From an uncultured Methanosarcinales archaeon (GTDB lineage Archaea > Nanobdellota > Nanobdellia > Woesearchaeales > DATDXC01), in contig CAZDZV010000004.1 of assembly GCA_964510025.1 (NCBI GenBank), positions 611 to 64,610 of the forward strand: 64,000 nucleotides of DNA, given 5' to 3'. This document shows, one piece after another, positions 1 to 9,184 of this stretch. A program made the translations under genes and the position numbers. The number at the start of each line of letters is the position of its first letter. The stretch's first letter is position 1. Below the pieces are notes generated by a model. It did not search any database. It saw only the letters and a program-made list of their open reading frames with translations, and was not told the DNA's origin.

Positions 1-1199
1 TGGAAAAATACTCCATGAGGCAGGAATATAAGAGAGGTGCATTTAAGAGATACATAAAGGAGATCATCAGCAATAAGGATTTTATCGTCAAGATCCAGAA
101 CAAGTTCCGCAAGGAACCTTTGGAGCAATGGTTTCCATGGAAGCCTATATGCGATAACTGCGGCAAGATAGCGACCACCAAAGTCATAGATATTGTGGAT
201 GACAAGGTGATGTATAAGTGCGAGGATTACAGTTTTGAGTCCACTACAGCCAAGGGCTGCGGCCATCAGGGCCTGAACGACCCTACGAAAGGCAACGGCA
301 AGCTCCTCTGGAAAAGCGAATGGGCCATGGGATGGGCGCACTGGAAGGTTGTTGCAGAAGGAGCTGGAAAGGAGTACCAGGTGCCTGGCTCCGCCTTCTG
401 GATAAACGCAGAGATATCAGAAAGGATCCTGGATTTCCCTGCCCCTGAGCCTGTCTTCTATGAGCACATAATGATCGACAACAAGAAGATGTCGGCATCT
501 CTGGGCAATGTGGTCTATCCCAGGGACTGGCTTGAGGTTGCCTCTCCTGAGCTGCTCCGTTTTTTCTATAACAAGAGGCTCATGAAGACAAGAAGCTTTT
601 CCTGGGCTGATCTGCCCAAATTATACGATGACCTGGACCATCACGCTCGTGTATACCATAAGAAAGAGAAGGTTGAGAATGAGAAAGAGCTTAAGCATAT
701 GCAGCGCCTTTATGAGATATCTGTGCCAGGGAAGGATAAGCCGCTGGACATGGCATATTCCCATGCCGCGATAGTCGCGCAGGTGTTTGAGGACCAGGAA
801 GACATGATCAGGAGCCTCAGGATGACAGGCCACTATAAAAGAGGCCAGCATGCAGCAATACTCGACAGGATCGGAAAAGCGAAGCTATGGGTCATGAAAT
901 ATGCGCCCGAGTCTGAAAGGTTCCAGATACAGCAAGATATCCCTGCAGGGCTGGAGCTCTCATCAGAACAGAAAAAAGCGCTGCACGATACAGCTGATAT
1001 CCTCAGGAAAAAAGAGTGGAACCAGGAGGAACTTTTCAACATGTTTTATGAGATAATAAAGAGCAACGATCTCAGTCCTGCTGAGTTTTTCAAGGCTGGC
1101 TATAATGTACTTCTGAACAAGGACAGGGGCCCGAAGCTGGCCCCTTTTATCCTTACATTGGGTAAGGAAAAGGTGATCCAGCTGTTTGAGAGGGTCTAA
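1..1199 (+). CDS. lysK: Class I lysyl-tRNA synthetase, C-terminal ~395 aa (5' end lies upstream of window)
   Basis: Frame is open back to nt 1. KMSKS-type motif appears as 'KMSASLGN'. Cys cluster 'CDNCGK...KCEDY...GCGHQG' is typical of the class I LysRS zinc insertion. Stop at 1197-1199. Confidence 0.7.
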   Translation, partial: EKYSMRQEYKRGAFKRYIKEIISNKDFIVKIQNKFRKEPLEQWFPWKPICDNCGKIATTKVIDIVDDKVMYKCEDYSFESTTAKGCGHQGLNDPTKGNGKLLWKSEWAMGWAHWKVVAEGAGKEYQVPGSAFWINAEISERILDFPAPEPVFYEHIMIDNKKMSASLGNVVYPRDWLEVASPELLRFFYNKRLMKTRSFSWADLPKLYDDLDHHARVYHKKEKVENEKELKHMQRLYEISVPGKDKPLDMAYSHAAIVAQVFEDQEDMIRSLRMTGHYKRGQHAAILDRIGKAKLWVMKYAPESERFQIQQDIPAGLELSSEQKKALHDTADILRKKEWNQEELFNMFYEIIKSNDLSPAEFFKAGYNVLLNKDRGPKLAPFILTLGKEKVIQLFERV

Positions 1200-1235
1200 T
1201 AAAAATAATCACCAATCGGTAGTTAAAAATAGAAA

Positions 1236-1244
1236 AATTTATAA
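1236..1244 (+). promoter_or_regulatory. TATA-like box 'tttataaag' about 18-25 nt upstream of the ATG at 1262, suggesting a leaderless transcript
   Basis: AT-rich 8-mer at archaeal promoter spacing. No SD-like sequence lies between it and the ATG. Confidence 0.2.
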
Positions 1245-1261
1245 AGATACCCGGGCTCCAG

Positions 1262-1789
1262 ATGAGCATGGATGACCTTCCGGATCTTGCAAGAGTGCCG
1301 TTGCTTCTGATAAGCTGCGGCACTCCAGGTGATATGGAGATAGTGCCTGTCCGGGAGGTTAGTTTCTGGTATCTTGGTCTGGATGACTGGGTGGATGTAA
1401 ACCTTCCTCAAGCCACATATATAGCAGAGCTTGTCGAGCGCAATAAGAGATTCGGCCTTCATTACGTAAGCAAGGATATGCAGGCAGATGCTGCATACTG
1501 TCATCTGAATTCAGGTACGCAAACAGACAAATCAAGGCTGACTGGCCTGTTGGTGCAGATGTCTGATTTAGAGATACCGTTGATTCAGGCTGCACCCTAC
1601 AGTGTTGAATGTGCTGTACAGGAGGCTTTTTCTTTTGGAGGCGGCTTGTTTGCGAGGGCTGGTGTAATGCGGGAACATATGAGGCAGGCGCCGGAACATC
1701 TGCTGTATACAGATGGCATCAACTGGTATGATGGATTCCCTGGCCCTATCCTGTCGCTGGCTGATGCCAGGTTCAAACCTGCAAAGTGA
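1262..1789 (+). CDS. Hypothetical protein (175 aa), no recognisable motifs
   Basis: Longest ORF in the lysK-lysC gap, same strand as its neighbours, with the TATA-like element upstream. Competing minus-strand ORFs are shorter. Confidence 0.35.
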   Translation: MSMDDLPDLARVPLLLISCGTPGDMEIVPVREVSFWYLGLDDWVDVNLPQATYIAELVERNKRFGLHYVSKDMQADAAYCHLNSGTQTDKSRLTGLLVQMSDLEIPLIQAAPYSVECAVQEAFSFGGGLFARAGVMREHMRQAPEHLLYTDGINWYDGFPGPILSLADARFKPAK

Positions 1790-1856
1790 TGTTACTATCT
1801 AAACAAAATGTTTTTAAATAGCTCTGATTCTAGCTTCTGAAAGCAGGTGAAAATCT

Positions 1857-3173
1857 ATGATTGTGATGAAGTTTGGCGGAAGCTCTGTTAAGAATGCAGA
1901 AAGGATAGCAAATGTTGCAAATATCATAAGATCCAGGCTGAAAGAGAAGCCCATAGTGGTTGTCTCTGCTCTGGGCGGCATAACTGATATGCTTATTGAT
2001 AGCGCAAACAAGGCCTTTCAGGGAAGGGATATCTCTGAAGACCTGGTAGGCATAGAAGAAAGGCATCATTCCACCTTAGGTGAGCTTAAGCTGGACACAA
2101 AGCTCGTTGACGCTGAACTTGAGGAGTTTCGTTCCTTGGCAAACAGGATCAAGGCTGTGAAGGAAGTGACCCTGGAGACCATGGACCACATCCAGAGCTT
2201 TGGGGAGAGGATGTCTGCAAAGATGGTGGCTGCCTATCTCAACAGCATAGGTGTTGTGGCAGAAGCCCATAATGCCTACGAGGTTGGCCTGATATCGAAC
2301 GATGAGCACGGCAATGCTGAGCCCCTTGGGGAGACAGAAGCAGAGCTAAGGAAGCATCTTATAGACAAAAGGTCAGTTCCTGTGATTACAGGATTCATAG
2401 CTAAAAACAAGGCTGGCAAGATCACAACCCTCGGAAGAGGCGGCTCTGACTATACAGCTGCTATAATAGGCGCAGCTTTAGGTGTCAGGGAGATTCAGAT
2501 ATGGACCGACGTAAACGGTGTGATGACGACCGATCCGAGGATAATCAAGAAGGCAAAGACAATACCTGAGATCAGCTTTGATGAGGCTTCTGAACTGGCC
2601 TTCTTTGGAGCAAAGGTCCTCCATCCAAAGACCATAATACCTGCCATGGAGAAAGACATACCTGTAAGGGTGTTGAACACCTACGAGCCGGATAACAAGG
2701 GCACAGTGATCCTTAGCAGGATCAAGGGCAAGAAGCAGGATGTAAAGGCCATCGCCTGCAAGAAAGACAATGTTTTGATGAATGTTGAATCATTGAGGAT
2801 GCTTAACGCCCACGGGTTTCTTGAAAAGCTGTTTTCGGTTTTTGCCAAGTATGGAAAAAGCGTAGATATGCTTGCCACTTCAGAGGTTTCAGTGTCTCTT
2901 ACCTTGGATGATGACAGTAACATCGACAAGATAGAGGAGGAATTGAGCAGGATAGCCAGCATCACTACCAAGAAGGGCAAGGCGATAGTGTGCGTTGTTG
3001 GTGGCGGCATGCATAATTCCAGGGGGATCATAGGGAGCATCTTTTCAGCCCTGAAGGATGTCCGCATCGAGATGGTGTCAGCAGGTGCATCTGAGATAAA
3101 CATAAGCTTCCTGGTCAGCAACGAGGATGCTGATAAGGCCGTAAAGGCCCTGCATAAGAAATATTTCGAATGA
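1857..3173 (+). CDS. lysC: Aspartate kinase
   Basis: N-terminus 'MKFGGSSV' matches the aspartokinase 'KFGG[ST]SV' signature. Length is 438 aa with C-terminal ACT-like repeats. SD 'aggtga' lies 7 nt upstream. Confidence 0.9.
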   Translation: MIVMKFGGSSVKNAERIANVANIIRSRLKEKPIVVVSALGGITDMLIDSANKAFQGRDISEDLVGIEERHHSTLGELKLDTKLVDAELEEFRSLANRIKAVKEVTLETMDHIQSFGERMSAKMVAAYLNSIGVVAEAHNAYEVGLISNDEHGNAEPLGETEAELRKHLIDKRSVPVITGFIAKNKAGKITTLGRGGSDYTAAIIGAALGVREIQIWTDVNGVMTTDPRIIKKAKTIPEISFDEASELAFFGAKVLHPKTIIPAMEKDIPVRVLNTYEPDNKGTVILSRIKGKKQDVKAIACKKDNVLMNVESLRMLNAHGFLEKLFSVFAKYGKSVDMLATSEVSVSLTLDDDSNIDKIEEELSRIASITTKKGKAIVCVVGGGMHNSRGIIGSIFSALKDVRIEMVSAGASEINISFLVSNEDADKAVKALHKKYFE

Positions 3174-3382
3174 AATTTGACAAGGAAAAGAGGCTTTTTC
3201 GCAGAAAGATCCTGTTTCTGCTTGTTATCTTGCTAAACGAGGCGATGATATGGTTTCTGGGAGACGAATATTTTCTCGGCACAAGTATAGCACGAATCGG
3301 CAGCTTCATCAGGATATTGCTGGCCATATTGCTCCTGATATCTGTCGGCCTCTATATAAAGGAGAAGATTATCGTTTCCTGA
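3170..3382 (+). CDS. Small membrane protein (70 aa, two predicted TM helices)
   Basis: Its ATG overlaps the lysC stop (ATGA). Two hydrophobic stretches 'ILFLLVILL' and 'ILLAILLLISVGL'. Confidence 0.3.
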   Translation: MKFDKEKRLFRRKILFLLVILLNEAMIWFLGDEYFLGTSIARIGSFIRILLAILLLISVGLYIKEKIIVS

Positions 3383-4802
3383 GGCTGTAGAAGACTCCGA
3401 TATTAGGGATCCTGTTCTTTGATCTTGCATTGTTGAAGTACTGTATGGCCTTCATCTTGAGGAAAGACATCATGAACTTGTATCTCGTCCCCAGGCTTAG
3501 GTAATGCGTGAACATGTAAGGGTATACTGTCTTGTTCTCATCAAGATACCTGTAGTATGCATAATCATGCCTTGTGCCCTTGGCTGTCCTTGCTATGGGC
3601 ATCACGCCGCAAAGGTAGAAATTGTTCTTTTCAAGCACCCTGCTTATGGCAGGCGCCTCTTTTCTCGAAAGGTCGACGAAATAGGCTCCCTTGCCCTGCT
3701 TTTTGATCATGCCGATCTCTTCCTGGACCTCCTTGAGCCTGTTCAGGTCTATCTTTCTGTATGCATCGTTTCTTATGATGACTATGCGCCTCCTGCACCT
3801 AAGGAAAATATATAGTATCCTTATGAACCAATAGTCTTCCCTGTTCACAAAGACTATATCTGCAGAATTCTCTATCTCCTTCTTGAAGTCCCTTACCAGA
3901 AACATAAAATTGTCATAGTCGCAGTTACCGAACCCCGGCTCACAGTAGCCGTAGTAATCCTCCATGCCCCCGATCTCGATAGCGCACGGCACACAGCCCC
4001 TTTTCTCTGTAATGTATATTGTTATCGGATGGAACGTAGTCACAAGATTCAGCGAATAATCGATACTATGTGTCCTTCCGTAGCTTGCAAGCCAGCTGTC
4101 AGCCATGCACGACATATTTTCAGCTATGCCGTAGCCCCTGTAGCCTGGATCCACGATCAACCCGGCAAATTCACAGATGTTAATCCATTCATATTCAAGC
4201 TCAAGATGCTTTGCGAATGCAAAGCCGATAACCTTGCCTTTATGGATCGCCAATACAGAGCCAAGCAGGTTGTGCATTATCTCGTCCCTGAGATGCTCCT
4301 TATCAGCATATGGTGATCTTGCATACGCCTTCTTCTTCAGCGCTGTTTTTGACAGCGCAGGGATATCATATCTTTTCTGGAAAAGCTCATGTATCTGCTC
4401 AAATATGCTGTCCTGGGTCAGGATATGGTTGCTGTCTGCAAGCTTGTATTCTATCATATATTCGTCCAGTATATGCGTGAGGTGGCATATCTCTTTTGTC
4501 AGCTTGTGCACAAAGTAGAATATCTTTGAATACCACACCTTCTTTGCTGCCCCATGCCTCAGGAAGCCGAAGAAGGAATATACCCTAAGCTTCCTGATTT
4601 CTGCTGCAAAATGGGTTTTTTGGAGCCTCTTCAGTATCTCATGAAACTCCTTGCATTGCAGCAGGCTGTCGATCCGATGATTGATGAAAGGGATCTCGGT
4701 GATATCCTTGTCATATGCAAAGAAGGCCAGCTTGACCAGGAATCTTTCGCTAAGCTCCATATCCTCAAAAGCCCTTATGAATCTCTCCATTCTAACGTAC
4801 AC
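3369..4802 (-). CDS. GNAT-fold acyltransferase-like protein (477 aa)
   Basis: 'GYRGYGIAENM' resembles GNAT motif A (R/Q-x-x-G-x-G/A). Immediately downstream of accC on the same strand. Start may be the Met at 4790 (MERF...). Confidence 0.45.
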   Translation of the reverse strand: MYVRMERFIRAFEDMELSERFLVKLAFFAYDKDITEIPFINHRIDSLLQCKEFHEILKRLQKTHFAAEIRKLRVYSFFGFLRHGAAKKVWYSKIFYFVHKLTKEICHLTHILDEYMIEYKLADSNHILTQDSIFEQIHELFQKRYDIPALSKTALKKKAYARSPYADKEHLRDEIMHNLLGSVLAIHKGKVIGFAFAKHLELEYEWINICEFAGLIVDPGYRGYGIAENMSCMADSWLASYGRTHSIDYSLNLVTTFHPITIYITEKRGCVPCAIEIGGMEDYYGYCEPGFGNCDYDNFMFLVRDFKKEIENSADIVFVNREDYWFIRILYIFLRCRRRIVIIRNDAYRKIDLNRLKEVQEEIGMIKKQGKGAYFVDLSRKEAPAISRVLEKNNFYLCGVMPIARTAKGTRHDYAYYRYLDENKTVYPYMFTHYLSLGTRYKFMMSFLKMKAIQYFNNARSKNRIPNIGVFYSLRKR

Positions 4803-6270
4803 CTGTCATCGTTACCCATTTGGGAACATCTTCTTCTTTGGCCACATCTATGTTCTCTGCAAAAAACACAGCAGCGAGCGCATAATCCCTCAACAGGCTC
4901 CTGTCATCTGTATCGCTCAGCAGGTCGATTATCCCTTTCTGCAAAAAATGCGTCGATATGGCATTGTTCCTGTAAGCCTCATCCTTCATTATCAGCTTGA
5001 AGAGCGGGATCGTCGTATCAACCCCGCTAATCTCAAATGAATCAAGGAATATCTGCATCCTCTTGATCGCTTCCTGCCTGTCCTGCCCCCATGAGATAAG
5101 CTTGGCAAGGAGGCTGTCATAAAAAGGCGTGACAATCGTGCCCTGCTTTACGCCTGTGTCCAGCCTGACATCTTTTCCCACCGGGGGCTGGTAGACAACT
5201 ATCCTGCCCTCAGATGGTATGAAGTTCCTTGCAGGAGACTCTGCACAGATCCTGCATTCTATGGCATGCCCCCTATGATTAATATCGCCCTGATTGTAGC
5301 TTAATTTCCCTGTTGCCGCCACTTTTATCTGCTCCTTGACAATGTCTATTCCGGTGATAAGCTCTGTGATGCCGTGCTCTACCTGTATCCTGGTGTTCAT
5401 CTCTATAAAATGGAATTTCTTTGCTGAATCCATCACAAACTCAACAGTACCTGCCCCCAGATACCCTATCGATTCTGCAAGCCTGACTGCATAGCTGCAT
5501 ACCTTCTCCCTTTCTGCATCCTCTAATATTGAGCACGGCGCTTCCTCGATCAGCTTCTGGTATTTCCTCTGGATGCTGCATTCCCTCTCATAAAAGTGTA
5601 TCACGTTTCCCTTGCCGTCGCCCATGACCTGCACCTCTATATGCCTGGGATTCTCCATATATTTTTCTATAAATACCTTGTCGCTGGAAAAGCTTTCCAT
5701 TGACTCCTTTTTTGCCTTCTCAAGGCAGTCGCTGAACTCATCCCTGTTCCTGACTATCCTCATGCCCTTGCCGCCACCGCCTGCACTGGCCTTTATCAGC
5801 ACAGGAAACCCGATCCGCTCAGCTACCTCAATCGCCTCTTCCACCTTGTGGATGTCATGCTCGGTCCCAGGAACAACCGGGATCCCTGCTTTCCTGGCCA
5901 TCTTTTTGGCCTCCAGTTTCAGACCTGTCTTTTCCAGATTTTCAGGGGTGGCCCCTATGAAACAGATATTGTTAGATCTGCACATCCTTGAGAAATCCGG
6001 ATTCTGGCTGAGGAAGCCGTAGCCTGGATGTATGGCATCTGCCTTAGCCTTCCTGGCTGCATTGATGATCTTTTCCATGTTCAGGTAGCTTTGGCTTGAT
6101 TCAGCTGCGCCAAGCAGCACTGCTTCATCTGCCTGCTCCTTGTGGATAGAATGCATATCTGCATCCGAATATACAGCTACAGTAGGGATGTCCAGCTCCT
6201 TGCATGCCCTGATTACCCTAACAGCTATCTCGCCCCTGTTTGCTACTAATATCTTCTTAAAAAGCCTCAT
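4792..6270 (-). CDS. accC: Biotin carboxylase subunit of acyl-CoA carboxylase
   Basis: 'MRLFKKILVANRGEIAVRVIRA' N-terminus and 'KASAGGGGKGMRIV' ATP-grasp glycine loop. The ATG at 6270 overlaps the accB stop (ATGA). The ORF-track start at 6342 is probably too far upstream. Confidence 0.9.
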   Translation of the reverse strand: MRLFKKILVANRGEIAVRVIRACKELDIPTVAVYSDADMHSIHKEQADEAVLLGAAESSQSYLNMEKIINAARKAKADAIHPGYGFLSQNPDFSRMCRSNNICFIGATPENLEKTGLKLEAKKMARKAGIPVVPGTEHDIHKVEEAIEVAERIGFPVLIKASAGGGGKGMRIVRNRDEFSDCLEKAKKESMESFSSDKVFIEKYMENPRHIEVQVMGDGKGNVIHFYERECSIQRKYQKLIEEAPCSILEDAEREKVCSYAVRLAESIGYLGAGTVEFVMDSAKKFHFIEMNTRIQVEHGITELITGIDIVKEQIKVAATGKLSYNQGDINHRGHAIECRICAESPARNFIPSEGRIVVYQPPVGKDVRLDTGVKQGTIVTPFYDSLLAKLISWGQDRQEAIKRMQIFLDSFEISGVDTTIPLFKLIMKDEAYRNNAISTHFLQKGIIDLLSDTDDRSLLRDYALAAVFFAENIDVAKEEDVPKWVTMTGVR

Positions 6271-6767
6271 TCCAGTTCCACCAGCATATCCCCTTCCTGC
6301 ACCATATCTTTCTCTTTTACATGAACTTTCCTTATCCTGCATTTCTTCTTGGCCATGATGTCATTTTCTATCTTCATGGACATCAGGGAGAGTATCTTGC
6401 TCCCCTCTTCCACCTGCTGGCTCTCGCGGACATATACCTTGGATATTACCCCCGGCATTGGCGCCAGGATCCTGTCTTCAGCAAAGTCATCCCTGGATGA
6501 TTGGACTGCCTCTTCTGCGATTTCCTCAAATGCTGCATCCATGATAAGGCCATCGATAAGAAGCCTGTAGTCATCCTTCTCCTTGCGGATCAAAGAGATC
6601 TCAGATAGCCTGTGGCTTTCATCCACCAGAAGATAGTTGGCATCCTTCTTTTCAGGCACCACCCTAAACCTGTCTCTACCTATCGTGACCTTGTATATGC
6701 CATCCAAGCCACGTATTACAGACACCCTCTTTTTTTTGTCATTCAGCCTGACATTTAGTAAGCTCAT
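6267..6767 (-). CDS. accB: Biotin carboxyl carrier protein (biotinyl domain)
   Basis: 166 aa with a C-terminal biotinyl-domain-like '...SMKIEN...' (Met-Lys) followed by a hydrophobic core. Lies between the pccB and accC homologues with overlapping stops and starts. Confidence 0.75.
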   Translation of the reverse strand: MSLLNVRLNDKKKRVSVIRGLDGIYKVTIGRDRFRVVPEKKDANYLLVDESHRLSEISLIRKEKDDYRLLIDGLIMDAAFEEIAEEAVQSSRDDFAEDRILAPMPGVISKVYVRESQQVEEGSKILSLMSMKIENDIMAKKKCRIRKVHVKEKDMVQEGDMLVELE

Positions 6768-8284
6768 GTTGGAAAGGTAGTATGCTTCTTGGGATTAACC
6801 ACAGATCTCTTGTTTATCAGCGCGTCAAGCACCCCTATCAACGTATCTCTTGCCTTGTCTGGATGGACTATCATGTCCACCGAGCCTTTGCTTGCAGCTA
6901 GATACGGATTAAGATACTCATATTTGTAGTAATGGATCTTGTCATCCAGCGCCTTGTTGGAGCCTGCCTTGTTCCTGAACAGTATCTCGACAGCTTCCTC
7001 AGCCCCCATTACAGCTATCTTAGCGGTTGGCAGCGCCATGACCGCGTCAAACCCGATGTTTCTGGAGCCTAGAGCGATGTAGGCCCCTCCGAAAGCTTTT
7101 CTCAGTATGACAGCTATCTTCGGCACTGTTGCCTTGGATAGCGAATGAAGGATCTCAGACCCTTCCCTGATTATGCCGCCGTGCTCCTGCTCAAGCCCGG
7201 GCATATAGCCCGGCACATCGACCAGGGATATTACAGGAATGTTAAATGCGTCACAGAAATTCACAGCCCCTGCTATCTTCTGCGATGACTTTATGTCCAG
7301 ACAGCCCGCTTTCACCAGAGGCTGGTTCGATATTATCCCCACGCTTCTGCCGTCAAGCCTGGCGAACCCTACTACTGCATTCTTTGCGAAATTCTCGTGC
7401 ACCTCAAGAAAGCTTCCTGAGTCTACCAGGTCATTTATTACGCTATGGATGTCGTAAGCTTTTCCCTCATCTTCAGGAATGATATTTGAGAGCTTTGACC
7501 TTTGCATCGTAGAAATCTTTTTCCGTGGAGGATACTCTGTGTAGTTGGACGGGATATAGGAAAAGAGCCTTCTCAGGAGCATGATGCTTTCCCTTTCGCT
7601 CTTTGAGACAAAGTGCGCAATTCCTGATGTGCTGCTATGCACCTTGGCAGAACCAAGATCCTCTATTGACACCTCTTCCCCGATGACCTTCTTTATCACC
7701 TTTGGGCCTGTTATGAACATCTTGCTCAGCCCATCCACCATGAAGATAAAGTCAGTAAGCGCAGGTGAATATGCTGCTCCTCCTGCGCAAGGCCCGAGAA
7801 TCAGTGAAAACTGGGGCACGATCCCTGAAGCCTCTACGTTCAGGGAGAAGATCTTCGCATACTGGTCTAATGAGGATATGCCTTCCTCGATCCTTGCTCC
7901 TCCTGAATCAAGCATCGCTATTATAGGGCATCCAGTGTCGATCGCTGTCCTCATGAGCCTGGCTATCTGCCTTCCGTGCATCTCCCCCAGGGTGCCCCCA
8001 TGGGAACCGAAGTCCTGCGCAAAAACAAATACCCGTCTCTTGTCTATGGTTCCGTATCCGGTGACAACCCCGTCTGATAGCAGGTTTCTTTTGCCCATGC
8101 CGAATTCCCTGCAGTTATGCTGCAGGAACAGGCCTGTCTGTATGAAGCTGCCCTTGTCCAGGAGAAGATCTATCCTTTCCCATGCAGCAAGCTTGCCCTT
8201 GTCATGCTGCTTTTTCTCTGACTCCTTTCTTGTCTGTTCTGCCTCTTTTAGTTTCCTGTTGAATTCTGACAGTGGCTTGGCCAT
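6764..8284 (-). CDS. pccB: Acyl-CoA carboxylase carboxyltransferase subunit (propionyl-CoA carboxylase beta-like)
   Basis: 506 aa, with the two-domain carboxyltransferase length and 'GGAYIA'/'GGAAYS'-type glycine segments. Gene order pccB-accB-accC matches archaeal three-subunit carboxylases. Confidence 0.85.
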   Translation of the reverse strand: MAKPLSEFNRKLKEAEQTRKESEKKQHDKGKLAAWERIDLLLDKGSFIQTGLFLQHNCREFGMGKRNLLSDGVVTGYGTIDKRRVFVFAQDFGSHGGTLGEMHGRQIARLMRTAIDTGCPIIAMLDSGGARIEEGISSLDQYAKIFSLNVEASGIVPQFSLILGPCAGGAAYSPALTDFIFMVDGLSKMFITGPKVIKKVIGEEVSIEDLGSAKVHSSTSGIAHFVSKSERESIMLLRRLFSYIPSNYTEYPPRKKISTMQRSKLSNIIPEDEGKAYDIHSVINDLVDSGSFLEVHENFAKNAVVGFARLDGRSVGIISNQPLVKAGCLDIKSSQKIAGAVNFCDAFNIPVISLVDVPGYMPGLEQEHGGIIREGSEILHSLSKATVPKIAVILRKAFGGAYIALGSRNIGFDAVMALPTAKIAVMGAEEAVEILFRNKAGSNKALDDKIHYYKYEYLNPYLAASKGSVDMIVHPDKARDTLIGVLDALINKRSVVNPKKHTTFPT

Positions 8285-8302
8285 GATCTCACCTTTGGAT
8301 TT

Positions 8303-9184
8303 TTAGTTTATAAAGCTTTCCCTGCTGTTGTATATCTCCATTATCTTGTCATAATAAAGCCTTTTCTTGTCATCGCCTAGCTGCATGTAGGCGCTGAATA
8401 GCTGCTTATAGGTTGCCCTGAATTCATAAGCATCATGTATCGTGCTGATGTGTGCCAGCAGCTCCTTGATCATCTTCTCCCTGTCAGACAGCATGGCGTA
8501 TCTTTTGCTGTTGAAGACCTCTTCGCCGACTATCCTGCCGTCTTTCAGTGTGATCGCCCTGTCCACGAATTTTCTGTCATCTGGATCATGGGTGACCATC
8601 ACGATTGTTTTTTTAAGGTTGGTGTTTACATATCTGAGGTACTGCAGCAGCTCCTCTGAATTCTTAGAATCCAGGTTGGCAGTAGGCTCATCTGAAAAGA
8701 GTATCTCTGGATCATTGATAAGCGCCCTTGCAACCGACACCCTTTGTTTCTGGCCGCCTGAGAGCTCATGGGGCTTATGGGCAAGCCTGTCTTCCATGCC
8801 TAATATCTTCATCAGCTTTCCGGCCTGCTCTGTCGCATGCCCTGTATCGATACCAGCTGCGATGGCAGGAAGGTATATGTTTTCCAGCACGTTCAGCTCA
8901 GGGAACAGTATATGCTCCTGAAATATGAATCCGAACTTATTGAGCCTGAAATCGTTCTTCAGCTCTTCATTCAGGTCCAGCAGGTTTTCGCCTTCATAGA
9001 TGATCTTTCCTGAGTCCGGGCTGTCTATGAGCCCGATCTGGTTCAGCAGCGTTGATTTCCCAGAGCCTGACTTGCCCATGATTGCAAGAAACTCGCCCGG
9101 ATGTATCTCAAGATTGATGTCGCTTAGGGCATGGATAGGCACCTTTCCTACCATATATATCTTATTAAGCCCCTGGATGATCAT
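8303..9184 (-). CDS. ABC transporter ATP-binding protein (MacB/LolD-like) with ~60 aa C-terminal extension
   Basis: Walker A 'GKSGSGKST', signature 'LSGGQKQRVSVARAL', Walker B 'ILFSDEPT'. Confidence 0.85.
   Translation of the reverse strand: MIIQGLNKIYMVGKVPIHALSDINLEIHPGEFLAIMGKSGSGKSTLLNQIGLIDSPDSGKIIYEGENLLDLNEELKNDFRLNKFGFIFQEHILFPELNVLENIYLPAIAAGIDTGHATEQAGKLMKILGMEDRLAHKPHELSGGQKQRVSVARALINDPEILFSDEPTANLDSKNSEELLQYLRYVNTNLKKTIVMVTHDPDDRKFVDRAITLKDGRIVGEEVFNSKRYAMLSDREKMIKELLAHISTIHDAYEFRATYKQLFSAYMQLGDDKKRLYYDKIMEIYNSRESFIN

Noticed and set aside
283-1042. Minus-strand ORFs inside lysK (283-498, 621-851, 833-1042) and similar antisense ORFs inside accC, pccB, the giant adhesin genes (e.g. 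38945-39292, 41065-41376, 45183-45683) and the sugar-cluster genes
   Set aside because: They are embedded antisense in long, motif-supported genes, lack RBS context, and have low-complexity Ser/Pro/Arg-rich translations typical of shadow ORFs.
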